Numbered from the stretch's first letter, positions 1 through 13,624 are shown. The stretch is 64,000 nt of DNA from the human T2T-CHM13v2.0 reference genome, Homo sapiens (GCF_009914755.1 NC_060939.1), one strand, 5' to 3'. Notes: generated from the letters alone by a model not told the origin. Program-made: numbers and translations.

Positions 1-2790
1 TTAGGGAAGCCCTAAGAGGGAAGAGATAAACAAGGATACCAGGAGAATTTGAAGCCTCTAGCACCTACAGCTACAGCAAACATTAACACAACACAAGTCC
101 TAGTCACATTAACATAACTCCTACAAGGGCTATTTACATTAGTCCCCATTACCTGAGTCCACGTGCCTGGCTTCCAATAAAAATTTGCAAAGTCTGTTAA
201 AAGGTAAGAGAAAACACAGTCTGAAGAGAAAAGGCAAGCACCAGAGTCAGACTCAGACATGATACTGATATTAGGATAATCAGAGAAGGAATTTAAAATA
301 CAACAATTAATATATTAAGGGCTCTAATGGAAACTGTAGACAATATGCAAGAACAGATAAGTAAAGTAAGAAGAAATAAGGAAACTTTAAGAAATAATTG
401 AAAGGAAATTCTAGAAACAAAAAACACTATAATAGAAATAAAGAAAGCTTTCGATGAGTTCATCAATAAAATTGACAGCTTAGAAAAGAATTAGCGAACT
501 TAAAAGTAAGTAGATATTTCCCAAACTGAAATTCAAAGAGAAAAAATAATTAAAAATAGTGTACATACATCCAAGAATTGTGGAACAACTTAATAAGTTA
601 TAATATGCATAATTGGAATATATGAAATGAAAGAGCATGGAGCAGAATAAATATTTGAAGTAATAGTGGCTTAGAACTTTTCAAAATCAATCAATGACAG
701 ACAGAAACCATAGATCCAGGAAGTTCAGACAACACCAAACAGGAAATATACCCAATACACACACACATATGCATGCACACATAAGTGCACACACACTCAC
801 ACACCTGGCCATGTAATATTCTAATTTCAGAAAGCCAAAGACAAAGAGAAAATCATGAAAAAAGTTGAGGATCAGAGAAAAGAAACACCTTACCTAGAGG
901 AACAAGAATAACAATTATAGCAGACTTGCACAACATACAAAAGTCGATTACTGTCCTATGTAACAGCAATAAATAATTAAAATTTTAATTTTTAAAATTA
1001 CCATTTACAACAGCACCAAAAATTAAAGTATTCAGGTATAAATCTAATAAAATACGGCTCTGCATTCAGACTACTTCAAAATGCTGAAGAAAGAAATCAA
1101 AGAATACCTAAATACATGGAGAGATATTCCATGTTCAGAGACTGGGATAATCTTAGGTTGTTAAGACATTGGTTCTTCCCAACTTTATTCATAGATTTAA
1201 TGCAATCCTAAACAAAATCCCAGCAAGGTGCTTTGTGGCTATCAACAAGCCAATTCTAAAGTTTATATGGAAAGGCAAAAGACTGAGAATAGCCAACACA
1301 ATACTAACAAAGTTGGAGGACTGACATCCCAAAACTTCAAGATTTACTATAAAGCTACAGTAATCCACAGAGTGTGGTACTGATGAAAGAATAGACTCAA
1401 TGGAACAGAATAGGAAGCCTGTAAACAGGCCCACACAAATTTAGTCAACTGATCATCGACAAAAGAGCAAAGGCAGTTCAATGGAGAAAGGATAGTCTTT
1501 ACAAGAAATGGTGCTAGAAAACTGGAGGTTTATGTGCAAAAATAAAATGAATTTAGACATAGATTTTACATCTTTTGCAAAAATTAATGTGAAATACATT
1601 ATAAACCTAAATGTAAAACACAAAATATACAAATTCTAAAAGAAAACATAGGGGAAAATCTAGGTGACCTTGGGTTTGGTGATGAATTTTTAGATACAAC
1701 ACCAAAAGTATGATTCATGAAAGGAAAAATGGTCAGTTGGACTTTATTAAAATTAGATACCTCTGCTGTGTGAAAGATATTGTTAAAAGAATACAAATAA
1801 AAGCCAAAGACTGAAGAAAAACATTGCAAAACACATATCTGGTGTGTTTTAGATACAATATCTAAAATATGCAAAGAACTCTTAAAACTCAATAATAAGA
1901 AAACAAACAATCCTATTTTTAAATGGGCAAAAGCTCTAAACAGACATCAATTCAAAGAAGATATCCAGATAGCAAATAAACATGTAAAAAGATGCTCAAC
2001 CTCATTTGTCATCAGAGAATTGTTGGTTAAAACAACAGTCTGACACCACTGCACACCTATTAGAATGACTAAAATCCAAAAAATTGAAGATAACAAATGC
2101 TACAAGGATGAAACAACAGGATCTCTCATTCATTGCTGGTGGGAATGAGGTATGGTACACCCATTTTGGAAAGCTGTTTGGCAGTTTCTTAGAAAATTAA
2201 ACATAGTCTTATTATTATATGATCCAGCAATTGCTCTCTTAGCTATTTGCTCAAATGAGTTGTAAATTTATGTCCACATAAAACCCCACAAGTAAAGGTT
2301 TACAGCAGCTTTATTCATAATCATCAAAGACTGGAAGTACCAAGATACCCTTCTATAGGTGAGTAGATGGACAAACTGTGATACACCCATATAATAATAT
2401 ATTATTCATCTATAAAGAGAAATGAACCATGAAACCACAAAAAGACATGGCAGAATATTAAATACAGGCAAACTGCTAAGTGAAAGAAATCAGTCTAAAA
2501 GGCTACACAGTATATAATTCTAATTATATGACATTCTGGAGAAGGACAACTATAGAGACAGTAAGAAGATTAGTGGGCCAACTCTGGACACATTGCCTAT
2601 GGCTTAGCCCTGCTCTAGGAGAAGCAATTATTACAAATAACATTAAAATTAAAAAAGATGAGTGGTTATCAAGGAGGAAAAGGCAGGATGAATCAGTGAA
2701 GCACAAGGTAACTTTATGGTGGTGACACTATTCTGTGTGATACTGCACGGATGAGTACATGATATTATGCACTTACCAAAACCCATAAAA

Positions 2791-3098
2791 GGCCAGGCAT
2801 GGTGGCTCATGCCTGTAATCCCAGCACTTTGAGAGGCCAAGGCAGGAGAATTGCTTGAGCTCAGGATTCAAGACCAGCCTGGGCAACATAGTGAGACTCC
2901 ACCTTTGCAAACAATAAAAAAATTATCTGGGAGTGGTGGTGCATGCCTGTGGTCTCAGCTACTCAGGAGATTGAGGCCGGAGGACTGCTTGAGCCTGGGA
3001 GGTCAAGGCTACAGTGAGCTGTGATCACACCACTGCACTCTAGCCTGTGTGACAGTGCAAGAATCTGCCTCAAAAAAAGAAAAAGAAAAAGAAAGAAA
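2791..3098 (+). mobile_element. Alu (AluJ-like)
   Basis: ggccaggcatggtggctcatgcc start, dimeric body, AluJ-type 'gaggtcaaggctacagtgagctgtgatc', A-rich tail. Confidence 0.93.
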
Positions 3099-3971
3099 AC
3101 CATGAAAACACATACAAAAACCAACAACATAAAACCTTATAACACCAGAAGTAAACATTAGTGTATATTTTTTTAAAAATCATTTAGAAGATCAGGGATT
3201 CCAGGAAGGAATGAAGACAACTGTGACAAGAGATTTCAAATGTATTACAAAGATAACAAATAATCTCATTGAAGAAGGTGAGTGGAAAAGTTGTTGAAGT
3301 AAGTAATTTTGGAAATGAGCAGAATCTGTAAGACTAAAAAAAAGGAACTACATATAAGCACTGTATTTGATAAATGTACAATAGGAAATGGGTTAAAAAT
3401 TGATATTATTTTACATGTATATGAGAATCGAACAATTAAGTAAATGGATGGGTATGAGCCAGTTTTCTCACTGTTGCAGTCAGAATTTACAGATAAGCAA
3501 AGGGAGAAGGCTAGAAATATTTATGCAGTAATTGATTAGATTTGTTGGTATCAGAAAACTCAAGTTTACCATACTATAGTTATGGATGGTTACACAGATA
3601 AATATAACATATATAGATAAATGTACATATACAAGGGTTAGTTTATACACATATATTTTTCTGCTCTGTCAGCTGAGATACCCGAAAATAAATGATATCC
3701 CAGTAGCCATAAGCATATCTAGAATCCAAATCTTGGTTTCTAACGCCATTTTCTAATAAAAGTAACCAAGACTTATTGGAGAAGCAGCTGATTCTAGGGC
3801 TGGAGCAGGAAATAAATAAAATGACACAGAGCATTCTGTAGTGTCAAAAAGTAAGGAAGTGCTTAAAACACACACACATATTCACAGGGAGATGTCAAAT
3901 GGACACAGGAGCCAACTGAAAGAGCTCCCAAAGCTGGAAAAATTTGAGTAATGAGGTAAAGAAAATAGTAT

Positions 3972-4333
3972 TGTATTAGTTCATTTTCATACTGTGATGA
4001 AGAAATACCCAAGACTGGGTAATTTATAAAGAAAAAGAGGTTTAATAGACTCACCATCCCACATGGCTGGGGAGGCCTCACAATCATGGCAGAAAGCAAA
4101 GAAGGAGAAAAGGCACATCTTACATGGTGACAGGCAAGAGAGTGTGCAGGGGAACTGCCCTTTATAAAACCATCATATCTCATGAGACTTATTCACTATC
4201 ACAAGTACAGCATGGGAAAAACCTGTCCCCATGATTCAATTACCTCCCACCAGTTCCCTCCAATGACATGTAGGGATTATGGGAGCTACAATTCAAGATG
4301 AGATTCGGGTGGGGACACAGCAAAACCATATCA
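3972..4333 (-). mobile_element. THE1-family MaLR solo LTR
   Basis: tgtattag...accatatca termini (TG..CA); perfect 5-bp TSD AGTAT at 3967-3971 and 4334-4338. Confidence 0.93.
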
Positions 4334-4341
4334 AGTATTGA

Positions 4342-4684
4342 GGCCAGGCATGGTGGCTCTCACCTGTAGTCCCAGCACTTTGGGAGGCCGAGGCTGGTGG
4401 ATTGCTGGAGCCCAGGAATTTGAGACCAGCCTGGGCTATATAGTGAAACCCCGTATCTACCAAAAAATACAAAAATTAGCCGGGCATCGTGGCATGTGCC
4501 TGTAGTCCAACCAACTTGGGAGGCTGAGGTGGGAAGATCACCTGAGCCCAGGGAGGTCAAGGCTGCAGTGAGCCCTAATCAGACCACTGTACTCCAGCCT
4601 GGGTGAAGAGTAAGATTCTATCTCAAAAAAAAAAAAAAAAAAAAAAAAAGAAAGAAAGAAAAAGAAAAAGAAAAGAAAAGAAAA
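4342..4684 (+). mobile_element. Alu (AluJ-like)
   Basis: Alu dimer with 'gaggtcaaggctgcagtgagc'; long poly-A/(GAAAA)n tail. Confidence 0.93.
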
Positions 4685-5499
4685 TAGCTTTAGGTAATAA
4701 CCCAAAGAATAAAATAAATACCAGTGAGTCCATATTGCTATAAATGAGTGATCAAACAACTTAATAAATTGGGCATGAGGGACAAATCCCCTGTGCGGAA
4801 GAGTGTCAAACAACATCTATAGATACTCCATTCTAAAGGAGAGCAATATGACTCCCTTTTCCTTAGGAAGACACTGCACATAGTGACTTCTTTCCATAAA
4901 GTATAAATGGCAAAGGGGGAAAATATTAACTTTACAGTGGAGAAAGCTGGCAAACACTAGCTTAGCCAGGCAATCAAGATTAACATCACAGTCTTAAATC
5001 ATTTTGATAGTAGGTACCTTTGATATAATGTGATAAGAATAGCAATTTACGTCTGGGGTCTTCCTCTCAAAAACTGATAACCCCAGTCTAATCATGAGAA
5101 AAATCTCAGACAAATTCCAATAGGAGGGCATTCTACAATATACTCAACCATTACTTTTGAAAACTGTCAAGGCTATTAAAAGGAATATCTATGAAACTGT
5201 CACAGCTAAGAGAAGCCTAAAAAGATATCACAAATAAATATAAGGTATTATACTGGATGAGATCCTGTAACAGAAAAAGGGCATAAGTAGGAACTAAGGA
5301 AACCTGAGTAAGTGATAAACTTTAGCTAATTTGGATCAATATTGATTCATTGATTGTGACAAACACACCATATTAAAGTAACATCTTAATAACAGGAGAA
5401 ACTGCAAGGACAGCATGGGAACTCTCTGTACTATCTCCTCAATTTTTCTGTAAATCTAAAACCATTCTAAAATAAAGTGTTTATTTTTAAAAAGAGAGA

Positions 5500-5735
5500 A
5501 GTTAGTGACATGGCCATGAATACCAAGTGGTTGCAGGGGCAGCAATGATAGCAACAAATATTCAGTGATGCTGGCTGTGGCGTCTGGATGTGGGATTGTG
5601 GCTGTACCTTGCCTTGACTATTTCTCCAGCCTTTCTATGGATTCTGTGAGTTACCAGATAGCTATAAAGTCTTTTCCTGACTAACTTAATCACAGTCAGT
5701 TTTTGTTGTTCAGGAATACAATTCTTGACTACTAA
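5500..5735 (+). mobile_element. ERVL-class LTR 3' part (LTR33-like), probable 5' LTR of the following ERV-L
   Basis: Degenerate ERVL/MaLR-type LTR end 'ttaatcacagtcagtttttgttgttc...ttcttgactacta' directly upstream of the internal region. Confidence 0.5.
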
Positions 5736-6299
5736 GAGGAAATCAGATGCAGACAAGAGAACCTCAAGGAAATGAGGAGAACCTTGGACTGGTTATTGAG
5801 CCTAGTTGAACTTAAACACAGTTACAATCCAGAGTTCCTTGGGGACTCTTTTACCCTCCGCTGAGGGAGTTATCTATTAAGAAGAAATCAGTTCTTCTCT
5901 GCCCCGCTCCCTCACCCACACCCCCCCTACACGCACACACACATAATTCTCCATTACCATCTCCTAAACTATAAATTAAATCAGAACCCAGAAATCCTCA
6001 GAAAGAAATTACAAAGTCAAACCCAGAAAAAGAAGGCTTATACTCCAAGTAAGTTTTTGAGCGTCATGATTTTATTTGGAGGTATTTGAAATTTGAGGTT
6101 TGTGTGGAAATAGATTCAGAGCATGATAGAGAAAAGAACAGATTTTGAGTTTACCTTATTTTATAAAATAAATTTGCTTATTTGAGCTATTATAGATGTG
6201 TTAATTGGTTTATTAAGAATGGGGATAATTTCTAAAACAATAAACGCCTTTAAATTAAGACAAAATGCCATAAATCTCTTGGTTTAAAACAGAAGATGA

Positions 6300-6593
6300 G
6301 GCCGGGTGTGGTGGCTCATGCCTGTAATCCCAGCACTTTGGGAGGCTGAGGCGGGTGGACTACGAGGTCAAGAGTTTGAGACCAGCCTGGCCAACATGGT
6401 GAAATTCCGTCTCTACTAAAATACAAAAATTAGCCAAGCATGGTAGTGCGTGCCTGTAATCCCAACTACTCAGGAGGCTGAGGCAGGAGAATTGCTTAAA
6501 CTAAGGAGGCAGAGATTGCAGTGAGCCGAGATCATGCCATTGCCCTCCAGCCTGGGCAATAAGGAGAGATTCCATCTCAAAAAAACAAACAAA
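6300..6593 (+). mobile_element. Alu (AluS-like)
   Basis: Full dimer; TSD aaaacagaagatga at 6286-6299 and 6594-6607. Confidence 0.95.
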
Positions 6594-7259
6594 AAAACAG
6601 AAGATGAAATCCAAGGAACGAAAAAGATAGAAATATTGGAGTAGGTTTTTCATGTGTCATGTACCTTCCAAAAAGCTAATTATATCTCCCAAGAGAATCT
6701 ATAGATGACTCTCAAAGAAATCTTGGTAAGATAACCTCAATAGAGATGGCAGGATCCCATGGACAAGCAGGAACATTTAACCACATGATTACTGTAATAA
6801 GCAGCAAGGCCATAGTGATGATTATAATGTTCCAAACTAGAGATACCTTTGGTGGTGATTAGTTACCATGAGATCCCTACAAATGAAATAGATGAGAAAT
6901 TCACTCAGGTCCTACTTTCTTTGTATAATCAAAACTCCAGATCTAGTGAATAAAGTCTTAGTTTTAACTACCAAAATGCAAAGCAAGTTTTCCTCAACCT
7001 GTTCCCTTACTTGAGTCAATTCCCAGATCCAGAGAAGCTTTAGCAAAGGAGAGGCCAGATACTATTAAGGAAAAGCTTCCAATAATAATACTATGAGTAA
7101 GCATTGTGATAGATCCCAAGAAAAACAACATAGACCTTTTGGGAATTATTAATATGCTTTCACTAGTTTCTGGGGACCCATAATGCCACTGGTCAGAGAA
7201 GGGGCCTTTAATACATCACTGTGTTCTTTCATCTTCTTTTCCCGTGTTTTTCCCCAGTC

Positions 7260-7730
7260 ACTATTGCAGCAGCTTCATGGAGGTGTCATCTGACACTACA
7301 GCTGTACCATGTCCATGTATTGTTCTTACTTTCTGGACTAGCATTAGTCTGGCAACATGGTGGAACACTTGTGTGAACTATTTTGACCTTCACACATACA
7401 TGAACTGAAAGCACCAGGGACTTACCATGCCACAGGGCAACCCAGATATTTGGAGAAGTGAACAAGTGCATAAATACTTTCTTAAAATATGTGGGTGGAC
7501 ATTTCTGAGGTACATTCTATAAAGCCACTTAGAAGGCCCTAGCAGAACTGAGTCCCATTGCCCACAATAGTGACCAACTAAATATTGTAAATATTTTATA
7601 CATTCTTCTCTCATTCCCAACACCTATTCCCAAAGAGTTATGTCCCCGAGTAGATTACCTTTATCCAAGCCTTTGAATCAGCCTTTGAATCAGAGGCTTG
7701 CTTAAAGGTAATTTATTGGAGGACATAATT
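7260..7730 (+). mobile_element. LTR16-like ERVL LTR nested in the ERV-L internal region
   Basis: 'agaaggccctagcagaactgagtcccattgcccacaatagtgacc' resembles the LTR16 core; strongly diverged. Confidence 0.5.
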
Positions 7731-9902
7731 CCCAATTCAGCCTAAAATAAGAGATTTATGATAATCAGGCAACAAATAAAATTTTGAACAAAGTCTATCT
7801 TAGAGCAGAGGCAGAGCAGAGGCAGTAGAAACAGAACCATTCTGTAATTGTTTCCCATTTTCTGGAATACAGAGTTATGATAGATGAACTCAGCCACCAA
7901 CATAATCCTCAGATTAGCTCCCTGGCTCACAGAATAGGGATAATACATTTAAAATGGTGAAATAAAAGTAATTATATCACCATTTCCTAAAAATTTAAAG
8001 CAAAATTACATCTCTGGGTTTATTCCAAGGATCTGTGTGCATCATCCAAGATTTGAAAGATGAAGGAGTGATGACTGTGGTCAGTTCCCTCATTTAATAT
8101 TTCAGTATAGTTAAAGTAGATAACAAAGCTAATTTATATAGTCTATGTCATCTGGCATATAATAATTGATCTTTCAAGTGTTTTTGCCTCTCTATTCCAA
8201 TAAATGATAGCACCAGATGCAATTTGCTTTTCTTATCAGGGACATCAATATACCTTCAAATCTTGCCTCAATATCACATTAGCCTCTTAATCTTTGGCTG
8301 AATTTTGTCTGATGGAACCTTTACTATGTCAACAAGCCACATGATCTCACCCTGGTTCACTACATTGAAGACATAATGCAGATAGGACCTGAAGAGCAGT
8401 AAGTGGCAAGCAATCTGACACACTTAAGTGAAGCAGATAAATCCCATGAAAATCATGGACCCGCCACCTAAAGTTTTGGGGTTAAATAATGAAACATCCA
8501 ATAATTGGAAGAACCAATAATTCTAAGAAATGTTCACTACCTGGAATGACCCTTCCGGAATGAAAAACATGTTGATAAATGATGAATTACATTCTGTATC
8601 ACCAAGAAAGAGACAGAGTGCTTTGAATACTGTTGCAGCTTACGCAACATTTCGGTGCGTTGCCTTGTTTTATTACAGCAGGGACCTTAAAGGTTACCTC
8701 CTTTCTGTGGGGTCTGGAGAAAAAAGTCACTCCAGCTGCTCCAGGTTGTATTGCCATTCATCCCCAATGATACAAAGACTAAATTATGCTCAAAGTATGT
8801 GTGGTAAATTGGTATCTGATATGGAACCAAGAGAAGGCAAAACCTCACCATCCATTCCTTCATTGGAATGGCTACTCTTGAAAAGCAACTTTTGGTTAGG
8901 TCGTGAATTCTGTTAAGATGGTCCTCATGAGGATGGCACATGAGGTGATCATGTGACCCAAGCCACATATATGAAGTAGATGATATAGATTAGATGTAAA
9001 TCAGTCATAAAGCCAGATATACACTTCAGAACTCCATCATCAGGTCAAAGTAATATATATCTGACCAAGTGCAGGTAGTTCCTGAACCCGAATAAATTCC
9101 ATGAGTAGTTTACACACAGTGCCATGTGCTGACACTTATAGAACTGCCAGTTCTCCTTTGACTCCTATCTATGACCTTACAAACAATTATCTATATCCTG
9201 TTGACTCAAAGAAATATATTTGAGCCTGGCACATAAATGACCCCACATGATTGCATGGTATCAGTCAGAAGTAGACTGCAATTGCCCGCTAAGGAGCCCC
9301 TGAAGGACAGTTGAGAAAAAAAATTTCTCAGTATATGAAACTTTCAGTATTTTAAATGCAACTTTGTCTTGATGAATACTTATCCCTACACCAAATTATA
9401 ATAGATACTAGTTTGGCTGGCTAAGTAGAGAGACAAGATTGGAGGATTGGTGCCAATAATGTTTGAGAAACAGATATATGCACAGATACCTCAGAATAAA
9501 CCCAGAATATAAAAACAATTTCATCCCATATGAGGACCTAAAGGCCTCAGTTTAAAGGGGTCTCATAACAATTAAAAGGACAAGAAAATCTGGCCATAAA
9601 TAAATCTTCTTCTCAACTGGTCCAATGCCTGGTCAGTGAACCCTTGAAGAGGGCAAGGATGGATACCCAAAAACATGAACTTCCCTTACCAAGGCTAATT
9701 ACCTATTACCTAATTTTCATCACTGCTGAAGAAATCAATTTGCCAGAAACTATGACCAACCCAGAACCTTAATATATTGTCATACATCACAGGATACTAG
9801 TCAACTAACTACCTGGAAGGTGGCAAGTTAATTATATATATAGAACCTCTTCCAGTTCACTAAAATAGGTACCTATTTTGAGTTTGGAATTGCTTGCTTT
9901 GC

Positions 9903-9906
<4 letters not shown>

Positions 9907-9950
<44 letters not shown>
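9907..9950. repeat. (TA)22 microsatellite
   Basis: Pure TA run at the L1 tail/TSD boundary. Confidence 0.98.
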
Positions 9951-9960
<10 letters not shown>

Positions 9961-10920
9961 AAGTTCTGGGACACATATGTAGGACGTGCAGGTTTGTTAC
10001 ACAGGTAAACGTGTGCTATGGTTTACCTAGCTATTAGGTAAACCATTACCTAGCTATTAAGCCCCGCAGGCATTAGCTATTTATCCTTATGCTCTCCCTC
10101 CCCTGGCACCCTCCAACAGGCCCCAGTGTGTATTGTTCCCCTCCCTATGTCCATGTATTCTCACTGTTCAGCTCCCACTTATAAGTGAGAACATGCGGTA
10201 TTTGGTTTTCTGTTCCTGTGTTAGTTTGCTGAGGATAATGGCTTCTAGCTCCCTTCCTGTCCCTGCAAAGGACATTATTGTGTTCCTTTTCATGGCTGCA
10301 TAGTATTCCATGGTGTATATGTACCACATTTTCTTTATCCAGTCTATCATTGATGGGCATGTGTGTTGATTCCATGTCTTTGTTATTGTGAATAGGACTG
10401 CAAAGAATATATGCGTGCATGTATCTTCATAATAGAATAATTTATATTCCTTTGTTCATATACCCAGTAATGGGATTGCTGGGTTAAATGGTATTTCTGG
10501 TTCTAGGTCTTTGAGAAATCACCACACTGTCTTCTACAATGGTTGAACTAATTTACATTCCCACCAGCAGTGTAAGGGCATTCCTGTTTCTCCACAGTCT
10601 TGCCAACATCTGTTGTTTCTTGACTTTTTAATAATCGCCATCCTGACTGGCGTGAGATGGTATCTCATTGTGGATTTGATTTGCATTTCTCTAATGATCA
10701 CTGATGGTGGGCTTTTTTTCATGTGTTTGTTGATCTCATAAATGTCTTCTTTTGAGAAGTGTCTATTCATGTTCTTTGCCCACTTTTTAATGTTTTTTTT
10801 CTTGTAAATTTTTTTAGGTTCCTTGTAGATTCTGGATATTAGACCTTTGTCAGATGGATAGATTGCAAAAAAAAATTCTCCCATTCTGTAGTTGTCTGTT
10901 TGCTCTGATTATAGCTTTTT
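9951..10920 (-). mobile_element. L1PA (mid-age, about L1PA7-8) 3' end; non-inverted part of a 5'-inverted insertion
   Basis: Minus-strand ORF2 C-terminal peptides ([20 protein letters not shown]; WIKKMWYIYTMEYYAA), 3'UTR and T-rich tail. Confidence 0.93.
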
Positions 10921-11875
10921 CAAACTGTCTGTTTGCGATGACATGATCCTATATCTAGAAAACCCCATCATCTCAGCCAAAATGCTTCTTAAGCTGATAA
11001 GCAACTTCATCAAAGTCTCAGGATACAAAATCAATGTGCAAAAATTACAAGCACTCCTATATGCCAACAACAGACAAGCAGAGAGCCAAATCATGAATGA
11101 ATTCCCATTCACAATTGCTACAAAGAGAATAAAATACATAGGAATACAGCTAACAAGGAACATGAAGGATCTTTTCAAGGAGAACTACAAATCACGGCTA
11201 AAGGAAATCAGAGAGGACACAAACAAATGGAAAAACATTCCATGCTCATGGACAGGAAGAATCAATATCGTGAAAATGGCCATACTGCCCGAAGTAATTT
11301 ATAGATTCAATGTTATTCCCATTAAACTACCATTGACATTCTTCATAGAATTAGAAAAAAACTACTTTAAAATTCATATGGAAACAAAAAAGAGCCCGTA
11401 TAGCCAAGGCAATCCTAAGCAAAAAGAACAAAGCTGGAGGCATCACACTACCTGACTTCAAACTATACTACAAGGCTACAGTAACCAAAACAGCATGGTA
11501 CTGGTACAAAAACAGACACATAGACAAATGGAACAGAATAGACAATCCAGAAATAAGTCCACACACCTACAACCATCTGATCATTGGCAAATCTGATACA
11601 AACAAGCAATGGGAAAAGGATTACCTATTTAATAAATGGTGTCAGAAAAACTGGCTATCCATATGTGGAAAATTAAAACTGGACCTTTTCCTTATACCTT
11701 ATATAAAAATTAACTCAAGATGAATTAAAAACTTAAATGTAAAGCCCAAAATGATAAAAACCCTAGAAGAAAATCTATGTAATACCATTCAGGACATAGG
11801 CACAGGCAAAGGTTTCAAAATGAAAATGTCAAAAGCAATTGGAACAAAAGCAAAAATTGACAAATGGGATCTAAT
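10921..11875 (+). mobile_element. L1PA ORF2 RT segment; inverted part of the same insertion
   Basis: ORF 10892-11455 ([10 protein letters not shown]...[11 protein letters not shown]); ends at 'gacaaatgggatctaat', just upstream in L1 coordinates of where the minus piece begins. Confidence 0.92.
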
Positions 11876-12380
11876 ATACTTTTAAAAGAAGGCCATCCAT
11901 TTACTTATTGAATGCTTTATATCCTATCATTGTATCCTACAAGTATTACCTCTCATCAAAGATTCACTTTACATTGATAAAATGAGATGATGGGTGAGTA
12001 CTCAATGGATTCACTGGTCTTCTCTTGTTGCCTATCACCTAGAAGCAGCTGATCTTATAGACTGGGGAAATTACCCACCAAAGATTCAGATATGACAACC
12101 AACTGAGGAGCCACACCTTGGAAGGCTGAGGTTCTGTCCTGTAGGATGTAGTACATGCTCTTAACCATTAACCAACATATAGTGTCTTTTCTCCCATATT
12201 TAGAATTTGTAAGTATAAGAATTAAAGGATAGAAGGAAGAGTAGCTCCTCTCATGATTATATTTAATGGTACACTTGCAAATTTTCATCTGCCAGTTGCC
12301 ATGGCTCTGAGTATTAAAAGTTTTTAAGCTTGAAGTCCCAAGAGATAACACACCAAGGGCACAAAAATGGTTCTATGAAA

Positions 12381-13158
12381 TAATGCTCAACATCACTCAT
12401 AATTAGAGTATTGCAGATCAAAACCACAATGAGATACCATCTCACACCAGTAAGAATGGCTATCATATAAAGTCTGAAAATAGCACATGCTGGTGAGGTT
12501 GTGGAGTAGCAGTGTATAAGAATACTTATACACCATGGTTGGTGGGAATGTAAATTAGTTCAGTCATTGTGGAAAGCAGTCTGGCGATTCCTCAAAGAAC
12601 TTAAAACAGAATTACCACTTGCCCCAGCAATCCCTTTATTGGGTATATACCTAAAGGAATATAAATTATTCTATTATAAAGACACATGTATTTGTATGTT
12701 CACTGTAGCACTATTCACAATAGCAATGCCTTGGAATCAACCTAAATTCCCATCAATGGTAGACTGGATAAAGAAAATGTGGTACATATACGCCATGGAA
12801 TACTATGCAGACATAAAAAAAGAATGAGATTATGTCCTTTGCAGCAACATGGAGCTGGAGACCATTATCCTAAGCATACTAAAACGGAAACAGAAAACCA
12901 AACACCACATATTCTCATTTATCGGTGGGAGCTAAACATCAAGTACATATGCTGACAAAGAAAGGAACAAGAGACACTGGGGCTTACTTGTGGATGGAGA
13001 GTAGGAAGAGGGTGAGGATCAAGAAACTACCTATCAGGTACTATGCTTATTACTTGGGTGATAAAATAGCCTGTACACCAAACCCCTGTCACACAAAATT
13101 TGCCTGTGTAACAAACCTGCACATGTACTGCTAAATGTAAAATAAGTTAATAAATAAA
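12381..13158 (+). mobile_element. 5'-truncated older L1PA (L1PA13-16-like) 3' end
   Basis: ORF2 C-terminus (WRFLKELKTELP...WIKKMWYIY) plus 3'UTR 'tgtacaccaaacccc...aacaaacctgcacatgtac'. Confidence 0.9.
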
Positions 13159-13624
13159 TTTTAATTTGCCTAATTTTATAAAGCAAGGACATCAAACAGC
13201 CATCTATGAAGAAAATAAAGAACACAGAAAAACTGAAAGCAAAAAACTATCTGTTTTAATTACAAAATATTGGTGATCACTACTCAAATTAAAAATAAGG
13301 AGACCCTCAAAGGAAAATCTTCTTCCCTGTCCTTACCAACCCTTTCTGGACACTAATAGCTAATTTTGGAGAAGATAAGTAATATATATTCATTTAAAAG
13401 AATAACCTTGGCAAATAAATTGTAGGCCCCCCAAAAAGAGCATCGTAGAGCAAAGCACAACAGTGTCAACTGGATCAAAAGCTCCTTTACCACGTAGATA
13501 GCTCCATATTGACTATAATTAATGTCCATTTTTTTCTTTCTAAATCTATTTGAATCTAAATCTATATTTGATCTTAACCAAAAGGCCAAAAAACAATGAA
13601 CCTAAATCTAATTGAATCTAAAAC

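Larger units (their letters stand above)
1..5490 (+). mobile_element. Ancient LINE-1 (L1MC/L1MD-like), fragmented: ORF1 remnant (~1-930), 3' ORF2 remnant (~930-2450) and long 3'UTR, interrupted by two AluJ and one THE1 LTR
   Basis: Degenerate L1 motifs such as 'atagatttaatgcaatcc', 'actataaagctacagtaatc', 'gatccagcaattgctctc' and a terminal 'aataaagtgtttatttttaaaa'; no intact ORF. Confidence 0.8.
5740..12378 (+). mobile_element. Decayed ERV-L class internal region (gag-pol remnant), interrupted by an Alu, an LTR16-like element and an L1
   Basis: Manual translation: WHIIIDLSSVFAS (~8154), LTLVHYIEDIMQIGPEEQ (YIED at 8361-8372, RT YxDD position), IHWSSLVAYHLEAADLIDW (~12009, integrase); many stops and frameshifts. 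Confidence 0.82.

Noticed and set aside
7668-7691. 12-bp tandem duplication agcctttgaatc
   Set aside because: Ordinary micro-duplication in a decayed LTR.
8530-8968. 128-aa and 93-aa ORFs as genes
   Set aside because: They fall within decayed ERV-L pol and are not an intact frame.
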